Below are positions 10,059 through 21,990 of a DNA stretch of 41,780 bases, one piece after another (the first letter of the stretch is position 1; every line of letters begins with the position of its first letter). Under the pieces are notes generated by a model. It was not told the DNA's origin. It searched no databases and saw only the letters and a list, made by a program, of their open reading frames with translations. This stretch comes from Catajapyx aquilonaris (Eukaryota): contig JYFJ02003446.1 in assembly GCA_000934665.2 (NCBI GenBank), forward strand, positions 1-41,780. The letters run 5' to 3'. Position numbers and translations under genes: made by a program.

Positions 10059-11249
10059 TATATACGAGTATGTTACGTGGATTTAAACAAGCTTTCTGAC
10101 GATGTATAACATTATTTTTTTGGACCATTTTCCTAAGAATTATTTAGAGTCAAACACAGGGGCCAGTATTAGTAGGGATGTATCTTTCCTCAATTTCCTG
10201 GGTAAGAAAATTGGTGCCATCCATGGATAATGTCAGCAAGCTCTTCAACAAACCTACAAGCTACATTGATTTCAATGTTGCAGATGTTCATCTGGTTGGG
10301 TAAGAAATAAGAACATCCTCTTCCATGACTTTCGAATCGACAAACATAATTATATCCCATATCCAATCGAACATCATCATCCAAATCATCCAAATCCAAA
10401 TCATCCGAATCATATCCAACAATATATCAGAACCACTGCAGGTCATCTAACCTAATCAACTACTATGGCACCCAGTGTTTCATTATTTAAAAAGCATCTG
10501 CAGATAATGAAAACACATGAAACCTTTCTGAAAAGTCTGCTGGTGAGTATAAGCCTGTACAGAACAGTACGTCAGTACCTCATATTCAACTAATATGAAG
10601 TTGCATAACAATCCATTCACCCATCATCCCGCTGCCTCCTGTAACAATTTCCCAATCATTACCTGTAATCATGCCAAGTTCATGTCACGGAGTCTGTCAA
10701 GGGTTTTTAGCTTTCTTCCCCCATCCAAGTGCTTCATTTAATCAAAATAAACAAAAATAACTCATGTGCCTGCATAAAATTAACAGAGTAATAGACCATT
10801 AAACTGGATATATTTCATTTTCATAAACCTCTCCCCAAGTCGAAGTTTACTCCAGAAAGCACAACATGAATAAGTGAGGAGCCTAATTCCAATGTGTTCA
10901 AGGAGTCACTGAGCAAATTGCTCTCCCCCCCCCCTCCTTTTTACATGGTGATAAATGACAATATATCTGTCAAAACTTTTTCTGTATTGTTACCACAATA
11001 CAAATGATCACATGGTTAAAATGTGGCCCATATAATCTATTCTGATTAATAAAACTTTTAATTTGAAGAGAAGACACTGATTACTGTAATGTGTCAGACA
11101 GAAGACTCATTTTGTTTGTACCCCCTAGACTTCACAATGGTTTGACTTCATATGAGACCCATAATCTTGTCTCAACAGCTGTACTATCAATAATCCATAT
11201 TATAAAATATAACCTGCCTATGACAGATCATGGGTTCACAAAATCTAGA

Positions 11250-11318
11250 CCAGAAGTTCCCAAACTGTGCGCCGCGAAGCTTCTCCAAGTGCTCCGTGAA
11301 GAGGTTGGGGAAAAAAAT
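11250..11318 (+). mobile_element. Truncated hAT (Charlie/Buster-like) MITE end, same family as 40738-40870
   Basis: CAGAAGTTCCCAAACTGTG...GAAGCTTCTCCAAGTGCTCCGTGAAGAGGTTG matches the reverse complement of ~40790-40870. Confidence 0.7.
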
Positions 11319-11544
11319 GAATTCTTCAATATGTTAATGACTTTAGTCTCTCGCTTCAAGGAAAAGCAGTAAATGTTTTTGATGTCAGTGATAAAGTACA
11401 AGCATTTAAAACTATAATCAAATTTTTGGCAGAATCAATGAAAAGTCAAAATCTAGAAAGCTTCCAAAAAATGGTGAAATAATATTTAGAGAACTAGATT
11501 CCGATATACCCAGAGATATTTTTAATGAGTTTCACACGTTCATC

Positions 11545-11599
<55 letters not shown>

Positions 11600-11604
11600 C
11601 CACC

Positions 11605-11682
<78 letters not shown>
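11545..11682. repeat. (AGT)n and (AAT)n microsatellites
   Basis: Directly visible. Confidence 0.98.
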
Positions 11683-11683
<1 letters not shown>

Positions 11684-13689
11684 CATGGCGTTTGTTTATG
11701 GGTTGCAACATCTTTGATCTTCAATGTCAATTGACTCGTTGATCAGTGAACACCATTATCAACAACCATGAATCATTGACATCACTACTCGAGCGTAGAG
11801 TACAATGCAACAGCAGGTAGACGCCCGCCTGATTGCGTTCCATGACACGTCCGCCATGTTTCCTGGTTACGTCACCACCCGGAGGGGGGAATGGTTACCC
11901 TACCCTCAGGCAACCGAAATGGTACAATAGTTGACCAGGCAGGTCCAAGATGGCCGCCTCCCCCTCACGTGACAAGCATACCAACTGTAGTAAAACTAAA
12001 ACACCCCGCACCATCCCTACCCGGCAAGAAACGCGGGCTTTTCATCCATCCATCCACTACCAACCAGGCAGCCAGCCCCAACAACAAACCCCACAGCATG
12101 CGATGGAGGGAGCGAGAGAGAGATAGGGTCAAGATACTCACAGGGCCACCGGCGAGAGTGTCCCGTAAGCCGCACATGCCTACGAGTATGAAGCGCTCAT
12201 CCAGACCGGCAACGTGCCAAATAGCAGAGTCCACTATTCTATATGCCGGCGGGTGACATGGGGGTGGGGAAGGAGGGGGTCAACCACAAGTGTCGGGCAC
12301 TATCAAGACAGGCTGAGCTCCCGCTGAACCCTGCTCACCAAACACACGTTCCCAAAACAAGTGGGGGTAAAAAGCGAGCCAGGCGGGCAGGCAGGCAGCC
12401 AGCGAGCCATTCCTCCCTCCCTCCTTCCTTGCTACCCTCATGGAGTGAGAGCCCATCAACTACTGGCTCCCTATTGGCTGCAGGAGGGAGGACCAGGCCG
12501 CCCATCCCATTGGCTGGATGTGGTATTCTCTCTCGGATGGGGAAATTGGAGTCAGGGGAGGGGGAGCAGGCACCAATAGTGGGGAGGACGATAGTTTAAT
12601 TGCAGTCCAAAACTATTTTACCCAGGCCCTCAGGGATTGAGGCCGACAGCTGGGGAGAGGAGTATAGTCGGGTATATGTAATCGCTGGGGCTGGTTTATG
12701 GGACGGAAAAGGGCGTCCCACTCAGCCGGAGGGAGGGAGGAAAGGTGGGTGGCGCAATAGCACGGCCTTGGAAATACCGCAATGGAAATACTGACTGCGG
12801 AAATATTGTGCGTGTGACTCACGCACCCTTCTGTCATGTTGGCAAGTTGCGGGGTGGGAATGGTGATGGTGACGTGGTGTGTTTTCACTGACCTACTGTG
12901 TACACGGTTAGTACATGGGAGAAAGGACATGTTGCGGGCCTGGTTTCCTTTTGGGGCCCATGACTGCCCTTGATATCCAGAAAATATCAGATCGACTTGC
13001 TCCAGCTTGCTCTCCTACCGTACCCCATGGTTACGATGTGTACACGACACCACTCGCGCTGTTGCCGGACTGCTTACATGATGAATCCTTGAAAAGTTGG
13101 TCGTGCGTAGAATTTATCATGTAATATCAGGTAATATGTATGCGGAAAAGTTACCGTAACTTTTTTGTGCCAGTTAACTATTTCCAGGCTGAAGCAGCTC
13201 GGTGTAATAATAGTAGCTGACACTTTTGATAACCATCAATAGTACAGCTAACCATGTAGTCCCCGACTTACGTAGCTCCGACATACGTAGACTCGGACTT
13301 ACGTATTTTTAAAAATCCGACGTGCGTTTTTTATATGTACCGAACAAAGCGGTATGAGATTTTGGACACCTCAGTTCTAGTTTTAATAAACAAGTGCCAT
13401 CTGAAGAAGTCAGTCACTATTTACCATTGTTTAAAAATAAAATTTAAATCATCTAACATTCTTTGCGCCTCCTGTCGTGATTTGAAAGGGAAACAAGATT
13501 GGCAATTCACGCGAGCGTGATTTGAGTATACTTTTTGTCGTTGTACAGTGGGATATTATAGGCTCACAAACCCGATACGACACGATGCGAACAGCAATGA
13601 CGCTGATTGTCAGTCTCATTTCCCGTTGCCAAGAAAGTCAATTTAAATGGTGATCTGCCTGTAACTTGTCCTTGGCGGATAGAGTGGAC

Positions 13690-13880
13690 ATGGAAAACCG
13701 ATAGTGACCGGTCACAGGAAGTTGATAATAAAACATATTTTGGTCACGCTGAATCCGGATCCAAAAACCGTTTGTCGCTATCTCTTGCGGTTTAGGCCCT
13801 GATACCTGTCCACGGACGGACGGACGGACAGAGCTGTGTTCTATTATAGGGTCTTCGACTTTTTTCGATGAGAAAAATAT
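13690..13880 (-). mobile_element. DINE-1/HINE-like (Helentron-associated) element fragment
   Basis: (GGAC)n microsatellite plus CGGTTTAGGCCCTGATACCTGTCCAC; inverted homolog of 14769-14935 and of the core at 278-347. Confidence 0.6.
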
Positions 13881-14647
13881 ATAATTGAGCATTTGAAGTA
13901 GGCCTACGTATTTTCGCAAAACCCGAATGTATAGAACAAAACTAACTCTCGTGTTTTCATCTCTCATTATTACGAACAACTGGTACTTCTACTAAAAAAT
14001 TTGGCGTACCGTACGGACTGAGGAATATACAGTATAGAGGGTATAGACTATAGACGTATCATAAACCATTTACGATGCACACTATACTCCTATACTTTGA
14101 GCTGAGGCTTCAGTGCAGATAACGGTATTCTTTGCAATTTATGCTTATCATACAAACTGCTGCAGATATGTCCCATTAGTGAGCAAAGGGCGGCTCTATT
14201 TTTTATGGCCTTCAATATTGAGTGCGTACACATCTAGCGGGAATGCATCATAAAAATAAGTGTGCGGTAAGAATGGCCGGAAATGACTCAGCTTTCCAGC
14301 TATTTGAACTCACAATTATTCAGGGTTAGATCTGGTGTCTGGTTACCTAAGTAGCCTACTATTGTGAGACGGGCAGGCTATGCGGGGAAACATTTTCCCT
14401 AGTATTTAACTTGGGGCCGATTCATTACAAGTTTGCCTGACAGGAAACTTATTTTTTGTTGGTCAAGTGACGGAAAAGGGGAAAGGAGCATTGTTGTATG
14501 TTGTTTACGGCATTTATTTGACGGGAATCAAGTTGCTCCATAAAAAATACACACTACCCTCTCTCCACCTCCAGCACTTCCCACATGATCACTACTGATG
14601 TTGTCAGGGAAAGCGAAATGACCTTCGGCAATAACAAATGAACGAAA

Positions 14648-14700
<53 letters not shown>

Positions 14701-14764
14701 TATTATTATTATTATTATTACTATTATTATTATTATTATTATTAATTTATTATTATTATTATTA
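14648..14764. repeat. (ATT)n microsatellite, imperfect
   Basis: Directly visible. Confidence 0.98.
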
Positions 14765-14768
14765 TATA

Positions 14769-14935
14769 GACTCGTCATCAAAAAAGGCTTCAGATCGGCT
14801 CCGTCCGTCTGTGGACAGGTATCAGGACCTAAACCGCATGAGATCGCGGCAAGCCGTTTTCGGATTCTGATTAGAGTACTACCAAAATAATCAGGTGTCA
14901 TGGCCAACTTCCTGTGACCCGCCACTTCCGGGTTT
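14769..14935 (+). mobile_element. DINE-1/HINE-like element fragment
   Basis: CGGCTCCGTCCGTCTGTGGACAGGTATCAGGACCTAAACCGC...AACTTCCTGTGACC is shared with the 13690-13880 copy. Confidence 0.6.
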
Positions 14936-15144
14936 CCTGGTTCATTCTATCCGCACAAGTCTACTTTACGGGCAGCTGGTTATCGCTGGATTGCGAAATT
15001 AGTTTACTTGGATTTCTCACCATGTGTGTCGGGGATTGACCCAAACAGGTGTCGCGGTAACTACCCATGAAGTTTCATACTTGAAAGAATGCCGATAAAA
15101 AAGTCAACTCTAATCACGTATCACCCTCACGTGATTTGCCAATC

Positions 15145-15182
<38 letters not shown>

Positions 15183-15259
15183 ATGATGATGATGATGATG
15201 ATTATTATTATTATTATTATTATTATCGTTGTTATTATATTATTGTTGTTATTATTATT
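15145..15259. repeat. Compound microsatellite (GTT)n(GAT)n(TAT)n
   Basis: Directly visible. Confidence 0.97.
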
Positions 15260-15486
15260 AGCTCGATGGCATTAACAAAACAAACACTATACACAAGTTT
15301 CATCCTATGTAAATATGCACACACAAAATGATGATGTAAACAACTGGCAGGCAAACATATGTATAGTCTATAGGTCATATGAGGTGGCAAGGTGTATTCA
15401 CCTGGTAATCGCTGGCTATCCCATCCTGGGATGCCATGAGGAAATGAGTGAATGATTTTTTTAAGGCAGCGCGTATCCAACATCTT

Positions 15487-15692
15487 ATATGACCCCCACC
15501 GATTCCGGATCGCCCACCGCGATAACTGAGTGCGACATGCGAGTAGGAAAGAATTGGAGTTGTCTTAAATATCATAAAAGGGTCCTTGTAAATGATAATA
15601 ACAAGCAAAGGATGACGGCGCCATGTCTTTCCGGCTTTCTTGTCGCACTCAGTTATCGCGATGAGCTATCCGGAGCGGGTGGTATTCTGATA
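15487..15692. mobile_element. Palindromic MITE-like element
   Basis: CGCGATAACTGAGTGCGACA (~15518-15537) is perfectly inverted at 15641-15660, with diverged outer and inner arms; no TSD established. Confidence 0.6.
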
Positions 15693-15726
15693 TGGCCATG
15701 GGCGGAGCTACCTTTTAGACCGTGAC

Positions 15727-15797
15727 CAGGGAGCATATACTACATGTATATAAGTATATGTATATGTATAGTATATGTATGTAGTATATGCTCCCTG
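15727..15797. mobile_element. 71-bp mini-MITE with 7-bp TSD, possibly P/Galileo-like
   Basis: 19-bp TIR CAGGGAGCATATACTACAT; TSD CCGTGAC at 15720-15726 and 15798-15804. Confidence 0.85.
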
Positions 15798-16234
15798 CCG
15801 TGACGGCCAATAATATTGCACTGCTGTATCATTGAATGTGGCTGAGTCGCCACCTATCAACGCCAACTAGCGGAACCCGTGGTGAGCAGGCCCGATGTGT
15901 ACATTAAGTGTTGCAAAAACATCCCATCGGGGTCACGGATCCGTTGCACCATGTGTGAACATGTGCCGTGCAAGCAAGGGAATGTGTGTGCATTGGCAAA
16001 CAGCCTGCAGAGGCAGCCAGAGAAAGCTGCACCTCGATATTGGTGGATTCAGACCGGATGTGGTGCATTTGAATTTCATTACACACGAGCCAATCAGGAG
16101 CTCTCGCTTTCTCAATTCAGAAACCAAAATCTCTTGTGCATCAAGCCATGGGAATATTCACTAGTGACTAGGCTATACATTATTTGGATACATTACTGCG
16201 TTGGTATGGACTAACGGACTATTAAAATACTTAC

Positions 16235-16505
16235 AGGTTCATTTACTTCTGGGCGACGCTCGTGCGGTTCATTTTCTCCGGTACGCGGTACCGGTACTTT
16301 CCTGCTAGCGGTGCCACTCAGAGAACCGGACTCCCAAGAATGAGAGTTGTTGAGGTTGTGGCTGGTTCGTCAGAGGGCAGTACTTGGACCTGAAACCTCA
16401 AATGAGTTGACGAGTGCAGGGTGGACCTGTTCTACAGAATGTTAGCAGAAAATGTAATCGGCAAATATTACAGCTGGAAAGAATGCCTTGACGAATGAGG
16501 GAAAG
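16235..16505 (-). other. Probable mostly non-coding (5'UTR-like) exon ending in ATG AAC CT
   Basis: Strong acceptor ttttttcttcttctcttcaacaccgcAG and donor GTAAGT (16234-16229); stops in all three frames; the terminal ATG would be in frame with exon 938-871. Confidence 0.45.
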
Positions 16506-18501
16506 CTGCGGTGTTGAAGAGAAGAAGAAAAAAAATACATGCCACGCATTACACTGACCCCATTTTCTCAAGTCACTGCTCTAGTACGGTACATTGTGAG
16601 CAGTGGGGAATAGGGCCAGTACTGTACGACCCACTTTTACTGTACAATATGAGCATCCTTTGTGCAAGAAACTTGAATGGCGAAACTTATCCTGGCTGGA
16701 AAGTTACGCAGTGTAGAATATGAAGAACCTTGAGAAGCTATAAAGTAACATTTCCTGAGGGGAACTGTTTGAAAAGTGGGAGGGAACAACCTACCAAGGC
16801 CACCGTTCCAGAACAGGAAATTGTCATAGAGAGCACAAAAAAAACATCACAAGTTGTATGTACTTGCGGCTTGGCCCGAATACGCTGTTATTTAGAACCG
16901 GTTAGGCTACTCTTTTTTTTCTTGTAAATAAATGGACATGATTGCCGACGACGATCCCTGTATGTGTTTCACCGTATGACTTCAAATGTGTTTTACGGAC
17001 CTGTGCCATCTGCCATGTAATATATTTTTATTGCTACTCTACCAACGGTACCCAAATGTTAGCTGGCTATATGATAGCCTACTATTCATCTGCTGATGTG
17101 TTTTTGTGCCATAAATTACACGTGAGGAAATCCAACAACTTTATTATGACGAACAATACAATACCAAACTGGATTAACGTGTCAAGGACGGCAGTAACGA
17201 TACCAACACTTTTTAAAACATTTAACAACATAAAAAGTCAGTGTTGACAACCTTTACACTGCACGTGTCTAGTAGGCAACAGTGTCGGTGCAAAATACTA
17301 TTAACGTACAATGCGAAAACTGCATCATCTCTCATCTGCTTCGTGAAATAATAACAAGCAATAACAAGAACGTGGAAATCATTGAAAACTAAAACTATTA
17401 ATTAAAGGCAATTATGCCTCAAAACTGAAACTTCTGAAACGTTAGACAGCTTATATTGCTTATGTTTTTGTACTTTTTCTGGCTAGAATTGTCTTGGTAC
17501 TGTACAGTAATATGCAAACTGACCATTTTTAATATACTATGCGTATTAACTATCTTATGACTTATCGGTAGCTCATGCTCATAAAAGCACTGAAACTTCG
17601 GCATTCTGATGAGCCCGAGTGATTGTCTCGCATACCTATTACAAAAATCCTTAACAGTAATCATCTTAAAATATTTACATACGTCGATGGTATAGAACGG
17701 GAAACTTAAATTAATGTCTTTGGAATTTGAACGGAAACATTGGTCGCAACCCTTCACTCCCTTCACAAGAAATAAAGCAATATCCCCCATCACACCCGCA
17801 AACCAGGGAGAGAAGAACATGCACTATCTCCTGACACAATTCCATCACACACTTTTGTGACTATCCATATGGGTTGCAAGAGTTCTTTATTACTTTAGAG
17901 TTTTCAACTGAGGCCTGAATTCAGCCACCGTCCCGCCGGGAATGAACTGCGTGTGTCTGATGAACTCCATCAAAGACTGTGCGAAACACCAAACAACAAA
18001 ACACTAGAACTCAGAAGTAGCACTTTACCATCCGAGTCCTGACAATGTCACAGAGAACGAGTCAACTTGAACTTTGAAACGGGCTGAGGAGCTGCTACTG
18101 AGTACTGCACGTGGACATGCTGGGGTACTACGTAGCCTAGGATGGATGGATGATTGTATTCCTTGTAAGTCAGGTGACGTCTTCGAAGTCTGAAGTACTC
18201 AGGCAGCTGGAAAGTGTGGATTTGCGTCTGAGGAATCTTCAAAGAGCGGAAATGCTGCTTGAATAATATCCGTGAATGACCACGAGTCGAAGCTGCAACA
18301 CAACAAAAAACATACAAATAATAACTCTGTGTATCTCAGAACTGAAAATTACATCGCCAGTTTTGGAAATGCTTTATAGTATCTAAAGTGCTACATTTTT
18401 TGCTTATCATTACGTAAATAGTGGCACAGTCTCACCTAAACGTAACTACATACCTGCTCGTAATGTTTCTCACAAGGCGTCTTTGTTGGGTCGGGGAGTG
18501 A

Positions 18502-20659
18502 CTAGCAGTCCAGGTCGAGCATCCTTACGGAGTTGGGCAAGATGTCGTTGAGAAGGGACTCCACACTAGCAGCTGCGCCACGGTATGGGGTTCCGAACAA
18601 GAACTTGGACGACAGCGACATGCAAGGGGTTGAAGTGAAGAAGCGCGTTCTGTCATCCACAGACGTGTCCGTCTGAACTCCTTTACAGAAACCTTCTCGC
18701 CTGAAAAGTTCCCGTTCTTCGTCGCTGTTACATAAGGTGGAGTTTAGAGTGCTTGAAGCAAGAACCGCTTCCTCCATGCTGTCCACAGGGTCGGATGAAT
18801 TAGGGATGCCAGAGGACTCATCCACAGTGCATTGCTTCGTCGTCTTCTTGACCTTGATAACCTTCTTACCCTTGATTTTCCTTTCGCACAACTTGGCTGA
18901 AGATTCCGCTGATGCATTCCAACAAGTGGATGTGTCAAGTGTCGCGACAAATCTGGCAGCTGTTGATGTTCCCAACGAAGAGTCAGTGAAAGTGGCAGCC
19001 CTACTGATGACAAGAACATCATCGTTACGAAGTGTCTGCATTTTGCGGATTTTGCTGAGTTCGGTTGGAAGTGCTGGCTTTTTTACCTTAGTAGCCGCCA
19101 CATCTTCATCGACACGTCTCTTCTTCCCTTTTTTCTGGACCTTTGCGGATTCCTCATGAATATTGCTGAGGATTGTAACCTCTATCTCCAATAGCACTGT
19201 ATCATTACGTAAGCACTGAAGCAGGTATCCTTTAACTTTTGGCACCTTTGAGACCGAAATGTTCGGTCCTCCGTGAACTTTGAAGGACTCTAATTGCTCT
19301 TCAGTCGATGTACACTTGCCGCACTTTATTTCATTTATTATGGTGAACACCCTCTTGGTCTGAATAACCTCACTGTAGAGTTTAGCGGGAGTACCACTCT
19401 TCGGACTCGTGATGCACACGATGTCTGCATACTGTACCACTCGTGCACCAGTCGATGGTACCTTAACCGGCTTATTGCTACATGGAGAGGACATCTTGTC
19501 TCTGGCACTGGTGGACTTGACAAAATCTGCTGTAATTTCCTCGGGACGGGTGATGACATTAGGCGTCACCTGCACACCAGGTAAAACTGCATCCTCCTCT
19601 TTACCGTGGATATCACATCTGAGAGAGAAGGAAATGTCGCCCCCCGAAGGAAAGTACTGCTCCCTTGCTTTCTTATCTCGTTCACAGTACTTCCGAGAAA
19701 TACTCTCAGCTGATGGTGTGTACTGCTCTACTACCTCCTTTTCCAGATAGGGCAGCTTCTTACTGTTGTTAGCCTCCGAATCTTCCCCCATTGGTGCAGA
19801 ATCATTCTCCAAATATCTTATTATTGAGAAGTCCCTGGTAGTTTTGCCAAATATATTGCTGTCACGTAAGGCCTCGCTGTACAGCTTATTACTGGTAGCA
19901 GGCATAGTCACACTCTCCTTTTCCGTCGAGTATGGAGTCAGAGGGGGGTATTCCTGGTTAAGACGTGTCCTGGGCGACGACGGTGCTGTGGCGCAAGTTT
20001 CGGTAGCGATTGGAGTGGTTCGCACCACATTGATGTCTTCTGCAGAATGTGCCCTCGATAATGGAGGTTCTGATCTTGGCATACTAGACCTGTTGGGGTT
20101 GAGTGGTAGAATCAAAGGTGGACCATGGTTCACATCCCCTTCCTCCCACGTGTAGTTCACTGGATTACATAGTTCCTTGACTTCACTCCATTCGTCCTCT
20201 TCGCTTGGCAAAGACGAATCTAAAGATTGTTCACTCTCGTGCGACATGATGGAAGAGTTTATGCTGGAAATACCATTTGACACCATTGAAGACGTCGGAG
20301 ATCGATTAGGAGAAACGGATGTGGATGATGATTCCGATTCTGTGACGTTGCCTGACCCAGATTCTTCCTCCAAGTCTCGAGGCTGAACAATGGTGACTGT
20401 CTCACTGCTCCAAGTCTGACTGACTGCAGGGTGTTCGCAGGTCTTCCTAGTTCCTCGCCCTACCAGCTGAATAAGGTTATCTGCAACAGCTCCGGTTCCT
20501 CTATGCCTCCTCAATTCTGCAGTGTAGTCTTCCGGAGGACGAATGAACACAGGTATCGGACGGTTGTCGTTTCCAGCCATAGTACGGTTTATGGTAGCAG
20601 GAACATAACCAAAAGCGGATGTCGTGGGTACCCGGCTTGCACAGCACTGGCCCACGGAA
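18502..20659 (-). CDS. Gene 2 exon 5 (last coding exon, ~718 aa; Ser/Pro/Thr-rich with basic NLS-like patches); uncharacterised protein
   Basis: 731-codon ORF; acceptor cactctttgttgtgcattgcAG at 20661-20660, phase 2; TAG stop at 18504-18502. Confidence 0.85.
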
Positions 20660-21990
20660 CTGCAATGCACAACAAAGAGTGGGATGGGGAAAACCATAAA
20701 TCCGGTAGGCTACTGTATTAACTTTTCCGGCTAAAATTAAAGCTGTGTGGTGGAGTTATACGCGTAATACCCTTTACGTGCTTTCCCGTGATCCATTGCA
20801 AAGAAAAGGTATAGGGTATTTTAATTGTTCCTTTGCAACAAATTAAACTACACGTTTGCCGCTCTTATGGAGTATATTTATGTCAAAAGAAAACTTTTTG
20901 CAACGTTCACCCAGGTGTTTAAAACTTACAATACCATATTTATAAGCTCCAACTTTTACTTCTTAACCGATATTCTAACAACAAACTCTGACACTGAAAG
21001 TTAGTACTCGCGGACCATGGCAAGCCAGCCCTGGAACAAGTCTTATGCCTGAATTTAATCCATTGCATTCCTACTTCACTTGATACGGCAGGAAGGAATT
21101 CCCAACCTTCGATAATTTTATTAAGTTCACTAATTCGGCACAATGCCATAATTATATCCTTCCTCCACTCTCAGATATCTGTATACCTCACAGCTGCCAA
21201 AGGAACTGCTTACTTGATTCTTGTCTGGTCACCGCCTACTGCTCTCGCAAAGGGATAAAGCAGGACTACTACATCGGACAAATACTGACAAGTGAAACAG
21301 TTCTGAATTATCTGCAATATGATCGTCTGCGCATCTTTATTTTCCAGTACAGTATATCAGATCGGATGAGATTATTTGCCACAGTTGGGAGGAACTAACT
21401 GAGAACATAACATAACATAACAATTGGAGCCTTCTCTGCAATATTGACACGTTAGGTACTTTTATCTCACAGCAAAAATGGTTTTTTCTCTCCAATTTTC
21501 CCACTATGCCTAGATAAATATTACCACATATCTGTGGTTTTAACTAATGCGTATATACGTACAGTAGTGAAGTAATTATAGTAATACGATTAACGGTTAA
21601 CAACAATCCTGTTTTGTGTCAAAACATCAAATAAAAACACGGGGAAAAGTTCCACAAATCAACTAGGGCAATTTCATCTTACAATTATAATTACAATTAG
21701 AAATTCACAATGTCTAAAATCAGAGAGGAAGTAGTGCGCACCTTTGGGACCACTCTGTGCCCAGGTATATTTTCAAGCCAACAGTCACAGAAAAGCCAGA
21801 CCTAGTATCGATTGATTTTCTGCCCTCTCCCCCAGTTAATGCATCCAACCACACACATCGAATTGAACTCGTTACTTCATCTGAGACTGTCTTATTTTAA
21901 GTGTCACCATCTACTTTTTGAAGCTGATTCGTGAGTCAACGACGGTCACTCCGAAAACTTGGTTCATCTTACTAAGCGAGAAGGTCGTAC

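Noticed and set aside
10190..10450. Asp-rich ORF as a coding exon
   Set aside because: The acidic run comes from a short TCCAAATCA-type repeat; no convincing splice sites or homology
11525..11548. Hammerhead-like CUGAUGA...GAAA on the minus strand (similar cores at ~17958 and ~29030)
   Set aside because: No viable stem II or stem III, and no NUH cleavage triplet in the right place
18502..20697. 731-aa ORF as an intronless viral or endogenous viral gene
   Set aside because: It has a good phase-compatible splice acceptor linking it to upstream exons, and no viral hallmark motifs were seen
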